NCBI GenBank assembly: GCA_001770205.1
Contig: MEQL01000055.1
Coordinates: 1 to 64,000 of the forward strand
Origin: Bdellovibrionales bacterium RIFOXYD12_FULL_39_22
GTDB lineage: Bacteria; Bdellovibrionota; Bacteriovoracia; Bacteriovoracales; Bacteriovoracaceae
Reading direction: 5' to 3'
Length of the DNA stretch: 64,000 bases
Positions 60,212 to 64,000 of the stretch are shown here, one piece after another. Both the position numbers and the translations under genes were made by a program. The stretch's first letter is position 1. Each line of letters begins with the position of its first letter. The notes below the pieces were generated by a model that saw nothing but the letters and a program-made list of their open reading frames with translations, did no database searches and was not told the DNA's origin.

Positions 60212-63200
60212 TTATTTCCTTCTTAAAATCAATTTACCCTGTCCATCAACTATTCCACCTAGGCCATAATCAAACATGGCCGCGTTGGAAGGATCCGTTC
60301 TGTATATAAATACATCATTGTTCGTAAATCCCAAACTTGTGGAAGAACCCATAGACGGACTAATAGTTTGTGCATTGGTATATAAGCAAAAATAGTTATC
60401 TGACGTCGTTGCCAACCCTGCGGCAGCATTAGAATTTTTGCTTAAATCAAATCCTTTAATATTTTTATTATTTCTGCACTCAAGTACTAGCGCAACCGTT
60501 GCTAACGTTAAATCATCTGGATTTGTACCACTTTCATGGACGGCAATAATTTTCTCTTCCACCGCGACATAGACAATATTTTGTCCTAAAGCACCACCAA
60601 CGCTGGAAAGGCCATCGGCAACTTTTAAATCAACAACACTAACATCCGTATTGTTAACGCCTGTATACGTACTTGCGACAACCGAGTTTAAGGTTAAACT
60701 ATCTTTAATCAGATTATTATCAACGTCTGTCGTAAAATAAACCGCCCCATTAGTTGCCATTACAACTGTAGAAATCACTCCCAATCCTATTCGACTTGCT
60801 TGTGCCATGGTTTCTAGATTAATCACCACCACCGCTCCACCTGCTGCATAGGCAACATAATCCGTTCCATTTGATCGCGTAGTTGCCAAATAATTTATCT
60901 CACTTGACCCGCCAGGAATAATGCCAAAGCTTCCTGCCGCCCAACTATCCATCGCCTCGTTGCGCGCAGCAATTTTGCCATCTACAAATGAATTATCAGA
61001 ACTTGAACTATAAGCGCTAGTTACTAGATGAATTTGATCATTGGCAAAATCAAACACCGTTAAACCACCTTCTCGACCAATAAATAACTTACCGGCGATC
61101 GCGGCCATATGATTTATTGATCCCCAACCAGAAGGCATAGCATCAGTGTTGGCATTTATACGCATAAATTTTTTATTTGCAGTAGCATCGACAATCTCCA
61201 CATAATTTAGAGCATAGGCCAAAACCATGGCCTTATTTGGGAAATCATGACGAGCGCTTCTATAATTCTCGTTAGGATCTACTGTTGAATTATATTCATC
61301 ATACCAAGACAAATTATCATCGGTGGCCCAAGCTTCTGTTGTTGGAATATCCCAAAAAATTGCCTTAGATATTGCTGCGGAGTCTATATCATCATAATCG
61401 AAAGTTCCCGTTGCCGTCGTGCCGGTAGCAACCACCACGTTTGCTGTTCCACTAGCATCTGTACCAATCCGTAAAGTAAAGGTTCCTGTTTCAAAACCAG
61501 TAATGATTGTTCCAAGATCAACTTCGTTATAGTTTTCTGGACGCACATAATTTCCACCACCTTTTTCAAGCATCCATTCAGTAGCAGAAGAAGACTCTGT
61601 GGGCAGATAATAATTATTATAATCATCAAAGGCAGCAACATAATATGTTCCGCTAACATTTAAATTTAACGAAATAGCTGCTCCCAAATTTTGAGCGGCC
61701 GACGCAGAAGAGGAAACACGATAGCAGGCATTATTTTCGCTATCAGCACTCACTGTAAATGTTGCCGAATCTCCAACAACCGGCGAAATAGTACTCATCA
61801 CGCGATTACTATTGGCCACCTTAAACTTGGCCTGGAAGGAATAAACTCCGCTACTAAATGGCACGGCCGTAACCGATCCATAGGTCTCCAGACTACTTAA
61901 CGTTCCACAGCCAGCAGTATTCGCGCTAGGGATTGTAAAAGTAAGAGTGGTGGAAGGAGCGGTTGCCACCGTTACACCGCTTTCATCTTTGGCCGTTACC
62001 ATTACCCAGGTGTCAACTCCGGCGGTGACGGCAGGTGTTGTATCAACATCTATATTGTAGTACGCAATTCCATCTTTTTTCAAATATAGAAGTGGTGATG
62101 TTCCCGCCACACCGCTATGAGTGGCCACAATATGTGTTCTCCCGGCCGTGGAGGCGGTTAAATTAAATGTCCCAGTTGTAGCAGTGGCCGGGCCAATTAC
62201 AATGGCCGTGCTATCCACGGTGGACCAGACCGCATTTGCCATCTTAGAGATAAAATTTCCATAAGCATCATAACCGTAGGCCACAAAGCTAGCAGAAGTT
62301 GCAGTGCTTGCCTTATCCCAAACAGTGGTGGATGGCCCACTGGTAGGTAAATTATCTCCACCGTAACTGCCATCACTGGCCAGTACAACTTTTATTTTAG
62401 AAAGTGTATTGGGAGCAATCCAACTATGATCAACCGTGGTGGCCAGCGGCGCCTGCAAAGCGCTAACACAACTACCTAATCCGTCCGTGCCACACACTTG
62501 GGTAGTAAGAATCGGGGACGATCCATCGGCAGTGTAGAAAGTAAATGTTTTATCCAAATAAGTTGTTCCACTGGCCAAAACAAATGATCCAGAAACGTTG
62601 GTAGTAACTGGATTTTGCAATACCGGGTCTGTATGTGAGTTTGCAAAATTGGCCCAGGTAAGTTTAAACTGTCTCGGCCCGGCGGCCAATGCCGTTTTAT
62701 AGAAGCGACTATCTACCGCGATAAAGCGCACGGTAGTATCGGCCCCAGTCGTAAAGGCGGCCACTCCACTAATTGCCGCCGCTCTGCTGGCCACTCCTCC
62801 CGCACTATAACTCTCCCCTGGAAAGAGCGGCATGAAATATTTTAAATCTCCTGGACTTACTTTCAATCCGACGGTACCCGAAGAGGCGGTTATCGCATTA
62901 AAAATTGAGCCGGTGGCCGTGGTAGAAACTTCCAGTGTCCCACCCGATGCAGTAAAGGCCGCAATCGATGCCCCGGCGGCAGTTACCCAGCTAACGCTAT
63001 CATTGTTTCCAAGAAAATTTCCTCCGGCATCATAAGAAGCCGCATACATGGTAGTGCTTTGGCCGATTTTTAAATTAACGGTTGTTCCATTAAGCAGTGA
63101 ACCTTCGCCATTACTACCGGTGAAGATTTTTGTACAGGCCACTGGCCCTGGCACTACGTGAGCGGTAGTTGTTCCACCGATCAAAACATTATCTCTATCT

Positions 63201-64000
63201 ACTGCTGATATTGTATAAGTGTCTGGCCGATATAGTGTACCGGAAGTAAAGGTGCCGGAGCCTCCTGCGAAAGTTATCGCTTTGGTTCCTGTCACATTTG
63301 AAATCAAATTTATTCCACTGCACTCACTACTTCCATCTGCATTACTGGATGGAGAAAACACTATCGAGCGTACCCCTGTATAACTTACGGCCGTAGTATC
63401 ACTGCTAGTCATGGCCGTAATAATTATATTAAAGGCCGAAGCAGAAGTTATATCTCCGGCCGTACTTAGCGCTAAATCAAAGTGATCAGCATTGCCCGCG
63501 GAAATAGAAATGATTCCCGAAGAATCCGCAGGGGGAGAGCCTACTGCCTGCGAAGTAGCGGTAACAACCATCTCTCCGGACTGTATCAAATTTAAGACGA
63601 CAGAACTTGCATTCGTAACAGAGGCCATGGGTATTGCACTAAAAGGCGTCGTAATTAATGTTCCATCTGTTCTTGTAAACGTCCAATCCGCAGTAGTATC
63701 GTTACCAATAAAATTTCCAAAGCTATCGTACTTGGCCGCCCAGAAGGTGGGATCTGCACTTGTTGCGTTAGTCGGATAAGCGAGCGTGTCAATTTCGCTG
63801 CCATTTGGCGCATCCACTATCTTTAATACCGCCGCCGAAGAATTGGCCGTGACAGGAATTGGATACGGTGAGTATCCAATGATGTCCGGCCCCTCCGAGA
63901 CAACTTTTAGTTTAACATTAGTATTGCTGCTATTGTACAAAACAAAACTTCCCAGCGCAGCAGTGAAAAGATAGGTTCCGTTAGTGAAGGTAGGAGAGGA
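60212..64000 (-). CDS. Second giant Ig-repeat surface protein (5' partial)
   Basis: Frame is open to the window end (SSPTFTNGTYLF...); same YDxxGN repeats and a paralogous distal domain; stops 8 nt before the next ATG. Confidence 0.85.
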   Translation of the reverse strand, partial: SSPTFTNGTYLFTAALGSFVLYNSSNTNVKLKVVSEGPDIIGYSPYPIPVTANSSAAVLKIVDAPNGSEIDTLAYPTNATSADPTFWAAKYDSFGNFIGNDTTADWTFTRTDGTLITTPFSAIPMASVTNASSVVLNLIQSGEMVVTATSQAVGSPPADSSGIISISAGNADHFDLALSTAGDITSASAFNIIITAMTSSDTTAVSYTGVRSIVFSPSSNADGSSECSGINLISNVTGTKAITFAGGSGTFTSGTLYRPDTYTISAVDRDNVLIGGTTTAHVVPGPVACTKIFTGSNGEGSLLNGTTVNLKIGQSTTMYAASYDAGGNFLGNNDSVSWVTAAGASIAAFTASGGTLEVSTTATGSIFNAITASSGTVGLKVSPGDLKYFMPLFPGESYSAGGVASRAAAISGVAAFTTGADTTVRFIAVDSRFYKTALAAGPRQFKLTWANFANSHTDPVLQNPVTTNVSGSFVLASGTTYLDKTFTFYTADGSSPILTTQVCGTDGLGSCVSALQAPLATTVDHSWIAPNTLSKIKVVLASDGSYGGDNLPTSGPSTTVWDKASTATSASFVAYGYDAYGNFISKMANAVWSTVDSTAIVIGPATATTGTFNLTASTAGRTHIVATHSGVAGTSPLLYLKKDGIAYYNIDVDTTPAVTAGVDTWVMVTAKDESGVTVATAPSTTLTFTIPSANTAGCGTLSSLETYGSVTAVPFSSGVYSFQAKFKVANSNRVMSTISPVVGDSATFTVSADSENNACYRVSSSASAAQNLGAAISLNLNVSGTYYVAAFDDYNNYYLPTESSSATEWMLEKGGGNYVRPENYNEVDLGTIITGFETGTFTLRIGTDASGTANVVVATGTTATGTFDYDDIDSAAISKAIFWDIPTTEAWATDDNLSWYDEYNSTVDPNENYRSARHDFPNKAMVLAYALNYVEIVDATANKKFMRINANTDAMPSGWGSINHMAAIAGKLFIGREGGLTVFDFANDQIHLVTSAYSSSSDNSFVDGKIAARNEAMDSWAAGSFGIIPGGSSEINYLATTRSNGTDYVAYAAGGAVVVINLETMAQASRIGLGVISTVVMATNGAVYFTTDVDNNLIKDSLTLNSVVASTYTGVNNTDVSVVDLKVADGLSSVGGALGQNIVYVAVEEKIIAVHESGTNPDDLTLATVALVLECRNNKNIKGFDLSKNSNAAAGLATTSDNYFCLYTNAQTISPSMGSSTSLGFTNNDVFIYRTDPSNAAMFDYGLGGIVDGQGKLILRRK

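Noticed and set aside
1..64000. CRISPR arrays, tRNA/rRNA genes, IS elements, prophage
   Set aside because: No repeat-spacer periodicity, cloverleaf, transposase or phage structural genes recognised by eye; a small ncRNA could have been missed.

Overview
AT-rich bacterial chromosomal segment. The gene content suggests Bdellovibrionota, probably Bacteriovoracia-like (inference). No rRNA, tRNA, CRISPR array, integrase or transposase was recognised. Housekeeping genes: topA, uvrC, a family-4-like UDG, a Ste24-type M48 protease, a TolC-MFP-RND efflux operon, an MCP, hemerythrin and a CpaF/TadA ATPase. Accessory modules: (i) a secreted kinase-like gene bracketed by a 32-bp direct repeat; (ii) a lipase-fold protein with Asp at the nucleophile position plus a partner gene; (iii) a DUF2089/DUF4097 operon with a palindromic operator; (iv) a frameshifted lysozyme-like gene with a candidate inhibitor; (v) a Rieske protein plus a cytochrome b fused to a 12-haem cytochrome c; (vi) a phosphonate (HEP) biosynthesis/transfer trio without pepM; (vii) a Gly-rich secreted protein; (viii) over 21 kb of two tandem giant Ig-repeat surface proteins (5919 aa and a partial one) sharing a distal domain, upstream of a cupredoxin-TadA pair. 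Window-wide signals are recurring sigma28(FliA)-like promoters and strong GGCC over-representation. All family assignments come from motif recognition by eye; no database searches were run.
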